A stretch of DNA of 35,080 bases from Octopus bimaculoides. Lineage: Eukaryota. Made by a program: the position numbers and the translations under genes. The notes under the pieces were generated by a model. It worked only from the letters and a program-made list of their open reading frames with translations, was not told the DNA's origin and did no database searches. Where the stretch lies: the NCBI RefSeq assembly GCF_001194135.2, contig NC_068981.1, positions 2,152,988 through 2,188,067 of the forward strand. The letters are read 5' to 3'. Positions 34,366 to 35,080 of this stretch are shown piece after piece. Every line of letters starts with the position of its first letter. Positions within the stretch are counted from its first letter, which is position 1.

Positions 34366-34500
34366 GTATTAATAACTTATATGTTATTCTTTTTACAGAT
34401 CTTAAAGATTCAGTCTCACAAGAGGAAGTTTGTTCTTATAATATGAGGCAATAAACTATTTATCAATTAAATAAATCATTTTTAATGGTAGAACTCATAT

Positions 34501-34532
<32 letters not shown>

Positions 34533-34534
34533 AA

Positions 34535-34700
34535 AGGGACGTGGCCTAGTGGTTAGGGGTGTTGCACTCATGATTGTTAGATTGTGAGTTTGATTCCCAG
34601 ACCAGGCAGTGCATTGTGTTCTTGAGCAAATCACTTCATTTCACATTGCTCCAGTCCTCTCAGCTGTAAATGGGTCACCCTGCAACAGAATAGCCTGCAG
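34535..34700 (+). mobile_element. SINE with a family-E-like tRNA head and a different 3' part
   Basis: GTGGCCTAGTGGTTAGGG...GAGTTTGATTCC...CTTGAGCAA..CACTTCATTTCACATTGCTCCAGT. Confidence 0.7.
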
Positions 34701-34919
34701 ATCAGGGGAAATATTGACCTGCTTGCCTAGTCATTGGAGTGGATTCGTTCAATAGCTGAAACAATGAAAAAAGGGCATTGTGATGTATAACAACATTCGA
34801 TAGTCTTGTCAATCACAAGATCAAGTGAGATATACACACATCCAAAATGTAATTACATGTGGAGTGTTGGCAACTTTTTCCCTCCATCTTCCTTTTCTCT
34901 TGGACTTCCCTCTGTCTCC

Positions 34920-34955
34920 TGTTTCTGAAGAAGAGCTTTGCTCGAAACATAAACA
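34920..34955 (+). ncRNA. Minimal hammerhead-like motif in a separate repeat
   Basis: UGUUU CUGAAGA a GAGC uuu GCUC GAAAC AUA AACA; ACAU is one transition away from the palindromic ACGU stem III. Confidence 0.65.
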
Positions 34956-35080
34956 CCCTTTCTTTCCTTCCCTGAGCATCTCTTAAAACTTTGCATGTAC
35001 TATGTGCTCACATTGTTGTTTTTTCTTGTCTATTTGTCTTTTTTCTCCATTTTTTTTTTATTAATTATATATATATATAT

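Overview
AT-rich, microsatellite-dense, gapped eukaryotic scaffold. The repeat families look like those of Octopus (coleoid cephalopod); this is an inference from recognising SINEs, not a database result. One host gene is present: PTPA/PPP2R4 (PP2A phosphatase activator) on the minus strand. Nine coding exons are well supported (19520 to 8653, two of them running into N-gaps) and there is a candidate 13-nt first coding exon at 26165-26177. The rest is mobile DNA: a decayed Penelope-like element (PLE; RT plus GIY-YIG) at about 770-2720, an R4/Dong-type restriction-like endonuclease fragment, several tRNA-derived SINE families, MITEs (Tc1/mariner-like, hAT, long-TIR), a probable solo LTR and a foldback palindrome. 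The most interesting signal is a set of minimal type I hammerhead-ribozyme-like cores in several unrelated repeats. One sits in the 3' half of a tRNA-headed SINE with a perfect 17-bp target-site duplication (34104-34365). That SINE tail is visibly homologous to a PLE-like 3' end elsewhere in the window (10959-11084), which suggests a Pol III SINE that captured a PLE ribozyme tail. No prokaryotic features or CRISPR arrays were found. Most long ORFs in the track are artefacts of N-gaps or simple repeats.
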